Of a DNA stretch of 64,000 nucleotides, positions 28,448-38,927 are shown one piece after another. The translations under genes were made by a program, and so were the position numbers. The notes under the pieces were generated by a model, which saw nothing but the letters and a program-made list of their open reading frames with translations, searched no databases and was not told where the DNA came from. The stretch lies in NCBI GenBank assembly GCA_963841755.1, contig CAWJDX010000030.1, positions 78-64,077 on the forward strand, in the 5' to 3' direction. Numbering within the stretch: the stretch's first letter is position 1; the number at the start of each line of letters is the position of its first letter. Source of the stretch: an uncultured Candidatus Rokubacteria bacterium (GTDB lineage: Bacteria; Methylomirabilota; Methylomirabilia; Rokubacteriales; CSP1-6).

Positions 28448-29098
28448 GGCCGCACCCCGCCGCGGTAGATCTCGTCGAAGAGCTCCTCGGGCGTGGTCAC
28501 GCCGGGCCGCCGGCTGAGCGCGGCGCTGATGAGCTGCGCCGCCTCGCTCGGGCGGTGGCCGAGCTGCTTGACCAGGATCTCGAAGACCATGCCGCGCAGG
28601 CCTTCCTCGTCCGGCGGGGCGGCGGCCGCGGACGGCTCCGGGGACCGCCGCCTCCGGCCGGGCCAGCGCGAACTTGGCGACCTTGGCCTGGAGCTGGGCG
28701 ACGATGTTCTTGGCCTTCTGCGGTCCGATGCCGGGCAGCCGCCTCAGGTACCCCTCGTCCTGGCGCGCGATGGCGGCGGCGATCTCCCCCACCGGCGCGG
28801 CCAGCGAGCGCGCCGCCACCAGCGGCCCCACGTCCTTCACCGTGATCAGCTTCTCGAAGAACTCGCGGTCGAGCTCCGACGTGAACCCGATGAGCACCGG
28901 CCGCGGCTGGTTCTGGGTGGCGTGGTAGTGGATCGCCAGGGCCACCTCGTCGGCCGCGTCGCCCTCGGCGGCCTTGGCGTGCACCAGCTCCTGCTGGGTG
29001 ACCGGCGGCACGAACACCTCGTACCCCACCCCGGCCGCCTCGACCACGATCCGGTCCTCGAGCTTCCGCCGCAGCCGCCCCCGCAGCGACGCGATCAC
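28444..29098 (-). CDS. ruvA: Holliday junction protein RuvA; frameshift near 28625
   Basis: MIASLRG, GVGYEV, LIGF...[24 protein letters not shown] HhH; GTGA overlaps at both ends. Confidence 0.88.
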
Positions 29099-29891
29099 GC
29101 CGGCCGCCCCGGGTTGACCGCAGGTCGCACCGGATCGACCGCCGGCCGCGCCGGCTTGATCACGGGCCGAACCGACTCCACCGCCAGCCGCGCCGGCTTG
29201 ACCGCGGGCCTGGCCGACTCCACCGCCAGCCGCGCCGGGTTGACCGCGGGCCTGGCCGACTCCACCGCCAGCCGCGCCGGTCGACCGCGGGCCTGGCGAC
29301 TCCACCGCCACCGCGCCGGTCGACCGCGGACATGGGGGAGTGCGGGGGCCATTTCTGGGCCCCCGCAGCTGAAGAGAAGCTTCCGAACGTCCGCCCACCC
29401 ACGGCAGCCGGAAACCTCCCCGTCATCCGGGACATCCCGGTGGCCGCGAGCCCGAGCGCGTCGGCCACGTGCGAGGGGCGCGGCAGCTCCTTGAGCCCGA
29501 GCACGGTCTGGACCGCGCGCTGGACCTGGGCCTTGCCCGCGGCGCCGTTGCCGGTCATGGCGCGCTTGACCTCCGAGGGAGCGAGCGCGACCACCGCGAC
29601 GCCCAGCTGCCGCGCGGCAAGGTAGATCACGCCCCGGGCGTGGCCCATGAGGATCGCGGTGCGCGGGAACTTGTACTCGGTGTAGAGGTCCTCGACCACG
29701 AGGAGGCCCGGGGCCTGCAGCTCGATGATCCGGTGCACCGCCTGGTGGAGCGCGTTGAGCCGGGCCTCGAGCGGCTGGCCGGTGGTGGTGCTGATGACTC
29801 CGGCGTCGCGGACGGTGACGCCGCCCGCGCCCGCTTCCAGCACGCCGAACCCGGTGGCGACGAGCCCCGGGTCCACCCCCATGACGCGCAG
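29095..29891 (-). CDS. ruvC: Crossover junction endodeoxyribonuclease RuvC with long repetitive C-terminal extension (indels within repeats)
   Basis: [42 protein letters not shown]. Confidence 0.9.
29102..29329. repeat. Tandem repeat, about 5.5 copies of a 42-bp unit
   Basis: CCGCGCCGGCTTGACCGCGGGCCTGGCCGACTCCACCGCCAG; reads ([14 protein letters not shown])n on the minus strand. Confidence 0.9.
29335..29375 (+). repeat. 41-bp REP-like hairpin, family B copy 1
   Basis: GGGGAGTGCGGGGGCCATTTCTGGGCCCCCGCAGCTGAAGA; 40/41 identical to reverse complement of 35175-35215. Confidence 0.85.
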
Positions 29892-29895
29892 CGCG

Positions 29896-30648
29896 CTAGG
29901 CCGCGGTGATGGCGTCGATGACCTCGTCGGCGATGTCGTAGTTGGAGTAAACGGACTGGACGTCGTCCTGCTCCTCGAGGGCCTCGATGAGCCGCAGCAC
30001 CGCCGCGGCCTCCTTGCCCTCCACCTTCACCGTGGATTGGGGCACCATGTCCACCCGCGCCTCGACCACCGGCATGCCCTGCCGCTCGAGCGCCTGCCGG
30101 ACCGTCTCCATTTCATCAGGGTTCGCGGTCACCTCGAACACTTTTTCTACCTGACGCACGTCGGTCGCCCCCGACTCGAGCGCCTTCTCGAGCAGGTCGT
30201 CCTCCTTCACCTTCTGGGCGTCCACCTCGATCATCCCGCGGCGGTCGAACATCCAGGCCACGCAGCCGGCGGTGCCCATCCGGCCCTCGTTCTTCTCGAA
30301 GATGTGCCGGATCTCGGGGCCGGTGCGGTTCTTGTTGTCGGTGAGGGTCCGCACCATCACCGCCACCCCGCCCGCCCCGTAGCCCTCGTAGGCGATCTCG
30401 TCGTATGACTCGCCCGGGAGCTCGCCGGTGCCCTTCTGGATGGCGCGCTTGATGTTGTCGGCGGGCATGTTGGCCGCCCGCGCCGACTCCGTGGCCGCCT
30501 TCAGGCGCAGGTTGCCCTTGGGATCGCCGCCGCCGTTCTTGGCCGCGACGGTGATCTCGCGCAGGATCTTCGAGAAGAGCTTCCCGCGCTGGACGTCCGT
30601 CTTGCCCTTCTTCCGCTTGATCTGCGACCACCGTGAGTGTCCAGACAT
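29896..30648 (-). CDS. yebC: YebC/PmpR-family protein
   Basis: MSGHSRWSQIKRKK, NMPADNIKRAI, YEGYGAGG, TDNKNRT, DDVQSVYSN. Confidence 0.96.
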   Translation of the reverse strand: MSGHSRWSQIKRKKGKTDVQRGKLFSKILREITVAAKNGGGDPKGNLRLKAATESARAANMPADNIKRAIQKGTGELPGESYDEIAYEGYGAGGVAVMVRTLTDNKNRTGPEIRHIFEKNEGRMGTAGCVAWMFDRRGMIEVDAQKVKEDDLLEKALESGATDVRQVEKVFEVTANPDEMETVRQALERQGMPVVEARVDMVPQSTVKVEGKEAAAVLRLIEALEEQDDVQSVYSNYDIADEVIDAITAA

Positions 30649-30657
30649 ACCGGTCTC

Positions 30658-31653
30658 CTACCCGCTCGGGGATAGCCGCTTCAATGATTTGACCCGCTCC
30701 AGCCGCCGGGCCCGCCGCTCGAGCGCCAGGGTGAAGCGGCGCTGCTCGGCCGGGGTCTCGGGGGTGAACGGCGGGCACGGCCGCGGACGCAGCGGCGCGC
30801 TCGGGTCCGAGCCCAGGTGGACGAAGGAGAGGTAGGCGGTGCAGGCGTGCTTGACCTCGCCGGTCCACGGCACCTCGCTCAGCACTTTCACCCCTATCTC
30901 CAGAGAAGTTGTCCCGACGTGGTTGAGGCCCGCCTTGAACGTCACGACCTCGTTCGCGTGGATCGGGGCGTAGAAGTCGAGCGCGTCCAGGCACGCGGTC
31001 ATGACCAGGCCCCGGCAGTACCGCATGGAGAGGATACCGCCCGCCTCGTCGATGTCGAGCAGGAGCTTGCCCGCGAACATGGTGTTGCCGAACAGGAGGT
31101 CCTCCGGCAGCACCGACCGGCAGGACTCGAACGTCCAGCGGAGCTGCTCGGGGGTCGCGTCGTCGTCCACCTCGCGCATGCGCTCCGCGCGCCGCTCGAA
31201 GCGCTCCAGCCGGCGGGCCCGCCGCTCACCCGCCGCCGCGTGCAGCGCCTCCTCCTCGGCCCCGCGCGGCATCACCGCCTGCGGAACCGGCAGGGGCTTG
31301 CCGTGCTCGTCCACCTTCACGAAGACCAGGTGGGAGGACAGCGTCAGGGCCCGCTCGCCGGTGGCCGGCTTCTCGGCGTAGACCCGCACCCCGACCTCGA
31401 GGGAGCAGCGGCCCACGTACTCCACCTGGGCCCGCAGCACCGCGACCTCCCCCACCTTCACCGGGTGCAGGAAGTCGATATCGTCGAGGGCCCCGAGCAG
31501 CACGTTGCCGCGGGCCACCCGCGAGGCCGCGATGGTGCCGCAGGTCGCGATCCACTGCATCATGCGCCCGCCGTGGATCTGCCCGGGCGCTCCCGCGTGC
31601 TCGGGGAACACCCAGTTCACCATCTCGGTGGCCGTGTCGGAGATCGAGAGCAT
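30658..31653 (-). CDS. Tandem hotdog-fold acyl-CoA thioesterase
   Basis: Two domains: VFPEHA...IHGGRMMQW and VLPEDL...[12 protein letters not shown]. Confidence 0.88.
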   Translation of the reverse strand: MLSISDTATEMVNWVFPEHAGAPGQIHGGRMMQWIATCGTIAASRVARGNVLLGALDDIDFLHPVKVGEVAVLRAQVEYVGRCSLEVGVRVYAEKPATGERALTLSSHLVFVKVDEHGKPLPVPQAVMPRGAEEEALHAAAGERRARRLERFERRAERMREVDDDATPEQLRWTFESCRSVLPEDLLFGNTMFAGKLLLDIDEAGGILSMRYCRGLVMTACLDALDFYAPIHANEVVTFKAGLNHVGTTSLEIGVKVLSEVPWTGEVKHACTAYLSFVHLGSDPSAPLRPRPCPPFTPETPAEQRRFTLALERRARRLERVKSLKRLSPSG

Positions 31654-31737
31654 GGTCGGCGTCGGATGACGCGTAAGTCTCGCATTTTTCTATCACGCCG
31701 GGCACTCCAAGTCCAGCCGGCCGGGGGCCCGGAGGCG

Positions 31738-31766
31738 TTGACAATCGCAGGTCTCGGCCCTAGGGT
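31738..31766 (+). promoter_or_regulatory. sigma70 promoter for the acyl-CoA dehydrogenase
   Basis: TTGACA-17-TAGGGT. Confidence 0.6.
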
Positions 31767-31818
31767 TGGGGCGACGCGGAGGACCTGCGGACACCCATCG
31801 GCGCCGGGAGGGCCCCAC

Positions 31819-33027
<1,209 letters not shown>

Positions 33028-33042
33028 CTCCTCGGCGTCGAC

Positions 33043-33217
33043 GGGAGGGAGCGGGCGGGGGGAGGGGCGGCGGGGGTGGGCCTCTGACCACGACCCGCTC
33101 CTTCGTTTTCTTTGCGTGAGGAGTTCCCAATCTCTAGGTAGATCGTGTAGGCGGTCGCCGGAGGGAACGGGTCACCCGGCCCACCCCCGCCGCCCCTCCC
33201 CCCGCCCGCTCCCTCCC
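33043..33217 (+). repeat. Palindromic intergenic element, family A copy 3 (diverged)
   Basis: Perfect ~40-bp arms; core CTGACCACGACCCG...AGGAGTTCCCAA...GGGAACGGGTCA. Confidence 0.8.
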
Positions 33218-33303
33218 TTCCGCTTGCTCAATCTCGCGGGTTAAGGCCTCGCGGCTTTGCCGCTCGACTTCTTATTTGAGACTTACTGCGGGCTTGAAGC
33301 TGG

Positions 33304-34185
33304 TTAGGGTTTGAAGCGGGGGTCTAGGAGGTCTCGGAGGGCGTCGCCCAGGAGGTTGATGCCGAGGACGGCGAGCAATAGGGCGGCGCCGGGGAAGAAG
33401 GCGACCCAGGGGGCGGAGACGAGGAAGGTCTGGCCCTCGGCGAGCATGCTGCCCCAGGAGATGGTGGGGGCCTGGGCGCCCAGGCCGAGGAACGAGAGGC
33501 CGGCCTCGGCGATCATGTTGCTTCCGACGCCGATCGTGGCGGCGACGATGACCGGGCCGACCGCGTTCGGGAGCAGATGGCGGAGCAGCATCCGGGTGTG
33601 CCCGACTCCGAGGGCGCGGGCGGCCTGGACGTAGTCGCGCTCCTTGAGCGAGAGCACCTCTCCCCGCACCACGCGCGCGATGGTCGTCCAGCCGAGCACC
33701 ACGAGGACGAGCGCGACCTTGTCGAGGCCGGGCTCCTCGAAGACGGCGATCAGCCCGATGGCCAGGATGAGCGACGGGAACGCCATCACCACGTCGGTCA
33801 CGCGCATCAGGAGCGAGTCGCGCCAGCCACCGTAGTAGCCGGCCAGGAGGCCGATCGCGACCCCGAGCGTCGCGGTCACGATCTCGACACCCAGGCCCAG
33901 CGTGAGCGAGACGCGGCCTCCATAGAGCACGCGCGAGAGGAGATCGCGGCCGAGCGCGTCGGTGCCGAGCAGGTGCGCGGTCTCGGGCGGGCGCAGCATG
34001 GTCTCGCTGAGCGCGGCGGGGACCGCGGCCGGGTCGTACGGCGCGAGCCAGGGGGCCAGGAGGGCGGACGCCGCGAAGAGGCCGACGAGCGCGGCGCCGA
34101 CGATGAGGCGACCTCGCCGGCGGCCGCCAACCCCCGCGAGCCGCTCCGGCCGTACGCGCACGAGCGCGGGGGCGCTAGCGGCCAC
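33304..34185 (-). CDS. Peptide/nickel ABC transporter permease (DppC-like)
   Basis: HLLGTDALGRDLLSRVLYG.R.SL, YVQAARALG, EAGLSFLGLG. Confidence 0.93.
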   Translation of the reverse strand: MAASAPALVRVRPERLAGVGGRRRGRLIVGAALVGLFAASALLAPWLAPYDPAAVPAALSETMLRPPETAHLLGTDALGRDLLSRVLYGGRVSLTLGLGVEIVTATLGVAIGLLAGYYGGWRDSLLMRVTDVVMAFPSLILAIGLIAVFEEPGLDKVALVLVVLGWTTIARVVRGEVLSLKERDYVQAARALGVGHTRMLLRHLLPNAVGPVIVAATIGVGSNMIAEAGLSFLGLGAQAPTISWGSMLAEGQTFLVSAPWVAFFPGAALLLAVLGINLLGDALRDLLDPRFKP

Positions 34186-35116
34186 GGCGGATCCGCGGGT
34201 CGATGACCAGGTAGGCCAGGTCCACGACCATGTTGGCCATCACGTAGATGACCGCGAAGACGAGCACCGCACCCATCACCACCGGCAGGTCCCGCTGGCC
34301 CACCGCGGCCACCAGCATCCGTCCGATGCCGGGCCAGGCGAACACGGTCTCGGTGAGCGGCGCGCCCACCAGCAGGTCGGCGAGCCCGATGCCGATCACG
34401 GTGACGACCGGGATCAGGGCGTTGCGCAGGGCGTGCTTGGCCATCACCCGCCATTCGCCCAGGCCCTTGGCGCGCGCGTTCTGGATGTAGTCCTGGCGAA
34501 CGACCTCCAGGAGGCTCGAGCGTGCCATGCGCGCGATGGTCCCGGTATGGACCGCCCCCAGTGTCAGGGCGGGCAGCACCAGGTTCGCCCAGGCTCCATC
34601 ACCGTAACCGGACACCGGGAGCCACCCGAGCCAGACCGCGAAGAGCAGCGAGAGCATCATGCCGAGCCAGAACACCGGGGTGGAGATCCCCAGCACCGCC
34701 GCGCTCATCAGGAGCTGGTCGAGGAAGCGCCCGGGGCGGAGCGCGGCCAGCACGCCCGCGCCCATGCCGACGACGACCGAGAGCGCGGTGGCGGCCACCG
34801 CCAGGCGCGCGGTGGCGGGCAGCCGCTCCGCGATGATCTCGGCCACCGGGCGCTGCTGGTGATAGGAGGTCCCGAGATCGCCGCGCAGCAGGCGCGACAT
34901 CCAGGCCACGTAGCGCTCGTACACCGGGCGATCGAGCGCGTAGTCGCGCCGGATCTGCTCGACCAGCTCGGGATCGGCGCGCTGCCCCAGCATGGCGCGC
35001 ACCGGGTCGCCGAGCCCCACCGCGGTGAGCGCGAAGACCAGCAGGCTGACGCCGAGCAGCACCGGCAGGAGGGCGAGGATCCGCTTGGCGGCGGGCTCGA
35101 GTAGGTCGGTGAGCAT
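34175..35116 (-). CDS. Peptide/nickel ABC transporter permease (DppB-like)
   Basis: GDLGTSY, RLPAT, STPVFWLG, QDYIQNARAKGL, HALRNAL, ETVFAWPGIG. Confidence 0.93.
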   Translation of the reverse strand: MLTDLLEPAAKRILALLPVLLGVSLLVFALTAVGLGDPVRAMLGQRADPELVEQIRRDYALDRPVYERYVAWMSRLLRGDLGTSYHQQRPVAEIIAERLPATARLAVAATALSVVVGMGAGVLAALRPGRFLDQLLMSAAVLGISTPVFWLGMMLSLLFAVWLGWLPVSGYGDGAWANLVLPALTLGAVHTGTIARMARSSLLEVVRQDYIQNARAKGLGEWRVMAKHALRNALIPVVTVIGIGLADLLVGAPLTETVFAWPGIGRMLVAAVGQRDLPVVMGAVLVFAVIYVMANMVVDLAYLVIDPRIRRGR

Positions 35117-35174
35117 TGGGGCGAGGGCGGTCAGCCGGCGCGCTGGCGCGCGCTTGCTTGTGCTGCCGTTTTTT

Positions 35175-35215
35175 TCTTCATCTGCGGGGGCCCAGAAATG
35201 GCCCCCGCACTCCCC
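35175..35215 (-). repeat. 41-bp REP-like hairpin, family B copy 2
   Basis: Reverse-complement match to 29335-29375. Confidence 0.85.
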
Positions 35216-35276
35216 ACGAACGGCGGGCATCCGGCACGAGCCCGGCCGCGGACAACCGTCGGCGTCACATCTGCTT

Positions 35277-36899
35277 CTACTCCAGGTGGACTTTGCGCAG
35301 GGGCGCGAGGAACTCGGGGGCGGTGGACAGCGGCGAGCGCTCGAGCCCCTTCACGCCGGGGCGGATCAAGGCGCGGCTCGCGTAGTGGTAGAGCGTCACC
35401 CACGCCCCGTCGTCGAGCAGGCGCTGCTCGGCGCCCTGGTAGAGCTTCATGCGGGCGGGCCCCGCCGCCATCGAATCGGCCTGGTCGAACAGGCGGTCGA
35501 GCTCCGGGCTGCGATAGCGGGAGGTATTGCCGGCCGCACCCACGTTGCGCGAGTGGAAGAGCACGGTGAGGAAGTTCTCGGGATCCGGGTAGTCGGCGAT
35601 CCAGCCCTGGCGGAACATGGTGATCGCGCCCGCGTCCACCACCTTCAGATGGGCCGCCCAGTCGAGGCGCCGCAGCTCGAGGGTGATCCCGACCTCGCGG
35701 AGCTGGGCCTGCAGCAGCTCGGCGATCCGCTGGTTGAGATCGCCGGTGTTGAAGTTGAACGTGATCGGTCCGAGCCCGCGGCCGGCCGGGAAGCCCGCCT
35801 CGGCCAGCAGGGCGCGGGCCTTGGCCCGGTCGAAGCCGGGCGCGGTCACCTCCGGGTTGTAGCCGGGGAGCGCGGGCGGCAGGATGCCCTTGCCCGCGAT
35901 GACGCAGCCCTCGAGCAGCCCCTGGACCACGCCGCTCGGATCGATGGCGTGGGCCACCGCCAGCCGGATGCGCCGATCGTTGAACGGCGGCTTCTCCACG
36001 TTGAAACGCACCGCGTGGGTTCCGAGAGTCGGCCAGATCGCGACCTGGGCCTTCAGGGCCGGATCGCCCTTGACCGCGCGGCAGTGCCCGGTCGGGATGT
36101 CGGTCACGTCGAGGTTGCCCGCCTTGTAGTCGTTGAAGCGGGTGATCTCGGCCGGGATGATGCGGAACACCACCCGCTCGAGCCGGGGGGCTCCGCGAAA
36201 GTGGTCCGGGAAGGCCTCCAGCACCAGACGGTCGTCCCGGCGCCATTCCTTGAAGCGAAACGCGCCGCTCCCGACCGGGTGGGTGGCGAAGCCGGCGCCC
36301 AGCCGCTCGGTCTCCTCGCGCGGCACGATCGAGGCCGCGTCGTAGGCCATCAGGAAGAGGAACGGAGCGAACGGCTTGTCGAGGCGGATCTCGACGGTGC
36401 GCTCGTCCGGCGTGCGCAGTCCGGTGATCTCACCGGGCCCATCGGGCCCGCCCTTGATGAACGCGGGGGCGCCCGCGATCTTCTCGAAGACCCACGGTCG
36501 CTTGCCGCGGGCGGCGCGCTCGAAGGAGAACTTCACGTCGGCCGACCGCATCGCGCGGCCGTTCTGGAACTTCACGCCCGGCCGCAGCGTGAAGGTGTAG
36601 GTCCGCTGATCGGAGGAGATCGTCCACCGCTCGGCGAGCGCGGGCTTGGGCTCGAGCCGCTCGTCCAGCTCCACCAGGGTGTCGAAGATCTGGCGCACCA
36701 CCGCGGAGGACGTGGTGTCCGTCGCCTGGGCCGGGTCGAGCGTCGGCGGATCGGAGGTGAAGACCGCGCGCAGCGTGCCGGACGGCGGGGTGCCCTGGGC
36801 GCCGGCGCGGGCCGCCGCGACGAGGACCGGCCCGGCGACGAGGACCGACCCGGCGACGAGGACCGAGAAGACGAGCGGGAGGAGTCGGCGATCCGTCAT
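35277..36899 (-). CDS. Peptide ABC transporter substrate-binding protein (family 5)
   Basis: TLDPA, IFDTLV, PALAERW, YTFTLRPGVKFQNG, GW.ADYPDPENFL. Confidence 0.92.
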   Translation of the reverse strand: MTDRRLLPLVFSVLVAGSVLVAGPVLVAAARAGAQGTPPSGTLRAVFTSDPPTLDPAQATDTTSSAVVRQIFDTLVELDERLEPKPALAERWTISSDQRTYTFTLRPGVKFQNGRAMRSADVKFSFERAARGKRPWVFEKIAGAPAFIKGGPDGPGEITGLRTPDERTVEIRLDKPFAPFLFLMAYDAASIVPREETERLGAGFATHPVGSGAFRFKEWRRDDRLVLEAFPDHFRGAPRLERVVFRIIPAEITRFNDYKAGNLDVTDIPTGHCRAVKGDPALKAQVAIWPTLGTHAVRFNVEKPPFNDRRIRLAVAHAIDPSGVVQGLLEGCVIAGKGILPPALPGYNPEVTAPGFDRAKARALLAEAGFPAGRGLGPITFNFNTGDLNQRIAELLQAQLREVGITLELRRLDWAAHLKVVDAGAITMFRQGWIADYPDPENFLTVLFHSRNVGAAGNTSRYRSPELDRLFDQADSMAAGPARMKLYQGAEQRLLDDGAWVTLYHYASRALIRPGVKGLERSPLSTAPEFLAPLRKVHLE

Positions 36900-38449
36900 C
36901 GCCCGCTGCCCGGGGCGGGCGACGCCGGCTGGGCGGCCTGATCGACCCAGACCCGATCGAGCCGGGGATTGCCGCTCGGGTGCAGGCGCAGGTTGCGAAC
37001 CTCCGGACGTACCGCGGCCCAGTGCATGCGCACGTAGAGCGGAACCCAGGGAACCTCCTCGGCCATGATGCTCTGGGCCCGGGCGTAGAGACGCTGGCGC
37101 TCCGGACGGAAGGAGACCTGGCTCGCGCGGACGAGCAGATCGTCGAGCGAGCGGTTGCGGTAGAAGGACATGTTCACCGCCCCCGCGCCCTTGCTGGCGC
37201 CCTCCGTGCTCGAGAGCGGGTACAGGAGGAAGTGCGGATCGCCCGCCTCCACCCGCGCCTCCAGCAGCGCCATCTGGTGCTGGCCGGTGCGGGCCATCTG
37301 CAGCGCCGCCTCCGCCGGCTCCACCTGGATCGACACCGAGATGCCGGCGGTGGCCAGCGAGGCGCGGATGGCCTCGGCGAGCTTCGCCTGATCCAGCCGC
37401 TTGCCGCCGTCGGCGATGAGCAGGCCCGCCGAGGTGCCGCGCGGGTACCCCGCTTCCGAGAGCAGGCGCTTGGCGTTGGCCGGGTTGGCCTCGACGACCG
37501 GCGAGCCGTCGCGCCGTCCCCAGACCCCGAGCGGCAGGAACGAGAGGAGCGGAACGCCCACCGTCCCGACCGCGGGGGCGATCTGAGCGGGATCGAGCGC
37601 GGCGGCGACCGCCTGGCGCGCCTTGACCCGGTTGAAGGGCTCCTTCTCGGCCTCGAGCGCCAGGTAGCCGATCCGCCAGCCGGGGACGGACAGCACGCCG
37701 GACGGACGCTCGGGCGCGGTATCCATGAGCACCACGTCCGCGGCCTGGGCTTCCAGCATCGCCTCCCCGCGGCCGCCCTCGCCGATCTCCAGGAAGATCA
37801 GCCGCGCCGACCGCGGCGCGCCGCCCCAGTAGGCCGGGTGGGCATCGAGCACCACCCGCCCGGCGCTCGCCTCGGTCAGCCCGAACGGGCCGGTCCCGAT
37901 CCAGCGCTGGCCCAGGCTGCCGGCGAGCACGATCGAGAAGGCGGGGTGGGCGAGCACCGCGGGAAGCGGGGCGTACGGCAGGAGCAGGCTGATCTGGACG
38001 GTTCGCGCGTCGACCGCGCGGACCTCCTTCACGACCCCCGGGGTCCCCCGCACCAGCCGCGAGGCGGCATTCGGGCTGGGCGCGTGGGGGGCGCTCGGCT
38101 GGAGCACCCGGTCGAGGCTCTCCACCACGTGCTGGGCGGTGAGCACGGTGCCGTCCTGGAAGCGGACCCCGTCGCGGAGGCGGAACGTCCACACCAGGCC
38201 GTCGCGCGAGACCGACCACTGGGCGGCGAGGCCCGGCTCGATGTCGCTCGTGATCTCCCGGTACTGCACGAGGGTGTCAAACATTTGCCGCGCGATGACG
38301 GAAACTGGCCCCTCGAGCGCGGTGGCCGGATCCAGCGTGGGCGAGACGATGGGCAGCCCGACCCGCAGCGTGCCGCCTTGCGCCCAGGCGGTGCCGGTCA
38401 GAGCGAGGAGCCAGACGACGGCCAGTCCCATGCCGCGCAAGCGCGCCAT
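36896..38449 (-). CDS. Peptide ABC transporter substrate-binding protein (family 5), probably leaderless
   Basis: Signal peptide, TLDPA, MFDTLV, PGLAAQW, FRLRDGVRFQDG, GTGPF; TATAAC 7 nt upstream of ATG. Confidence 0.9.
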   Translation of the reverse strand: MARLRGMGLAVVWLLALTGTAWAQGGTLRVGLPIVSPTLDPATALEGPVSVIARQMFDTLVQYREITSDIEPGLAAQWSVSRDGLVWTFRLRDGVRFQDGTVLTAQHVVESLDRVLQPSAPHAPSPNAASRLVRGTPGVVKEVRAVDARTVQISLLLPYAPLPAVLAHPAFSIVLAGSLGQRWIGTGPFGLTEASAGRVVLDAHPAYWGGAPRSARLIFLEIGEGGRGEAMLEAQAADVVLMDTAPERPSGVLSVPGWRIGYLALEAEKEPFNRVKARQAVAAALDPAQIAPAVGTVGVPLLSFLPLGVWGRRDGSPVVEANPANAKRLLSEAGYPRGTSAGLLIADGGKRLDQAKLAEAIRASLATAGISVSIQVEPAEAALQMARTGQHQMALLEARVEAGDPHFLLYPLSSTEGASKGAGAVNMSFYRNRSLDDLLVRASQVSFRPERQRLYARAQSIMAEEVPWVPLYVRMHWAAVRPEVRNLRLHPSGNPRLDRVWVDQAAQPASPAPGSGR

Positions 38450-38619
38450 GTCCGTTGTTATACGACGGAACTGCCCGGGTGCGCGATGTGTAGACACGCT
38501 GCCGCTCGACTGCGCATCGCCGCCATGGGCGCGGCTCCGCGGCCGCTCGTCGCGACGCCGCGCGCCACGAAAATCGCGGGCCTCGCGCGGTCTCGCGCGC
38601 GCGAAAGATGCTCGAGACA

Positions 38620-38635
38620 TGGCACTGAAACTGCA
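38620..38635 (+). promoter_or_regulatory. Putative sigma54 (-24/-12) promoter facing arc
   Basis: TGGCAC-TGAAA-CTGCA, exact GG-N10-GC spacing. Confidence 0.55.
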
Positions 38636-38809
38636 CGCATTTAATGCAGCGGGCGATCGTCACCGCGCCCCGGGTGGCCGCGGCGGCGAAGGAACCGCGC
38701 TCGACGGGCCGCGGTTTCTCTCGTGAAGCGATAGGTGATCGCAACGAGAGCAATCGGAGAAAGTGAAATGAAATCAACGGCTCGCGAGGGCAAAATGGGG
38801 CCAATTCGC

Positions 38810-38839
38810 TTGACTTACCGCGAAACGGGCTCCTATACT
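38810..38839 (+). promoter_or_regulatory. sigma70 promoter for the proteasome operon
   Basis: TTGACT-18-TATACT, about 90 nt upstream of the arc ATG. Confidence 0.65.
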
Positions 38840-38927
38840 GAGGTCACCTTTCGGAGGCTTGGGCGGAGCGCCTTACGGAGCGCACGGGGAAGTGCCCGAT
38901 GGTTCACCCGGAAAGGAATGGGCGAAC

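Noticed and set aside
29102-29329. Possible CRISPR array
   Set aside because: Units are contiguous 42-bp tandem copies with no unique spacers and no cas genes nearby.
36817-36866. 18-bp triplication in the SBP signal peptide (VLVAGS/VLVAGP/VLVAAA)
   Set aside because: In-frame slippage in a tolerant signal region; no sign of function.
38644-38766. 40-aa ORF upstream of arc as a candidate Pup
   Set aside because: It is basic, has no RBS and ends in NRRK, with no GG[EQ] or R[TS]G[EQ] C-terminus.
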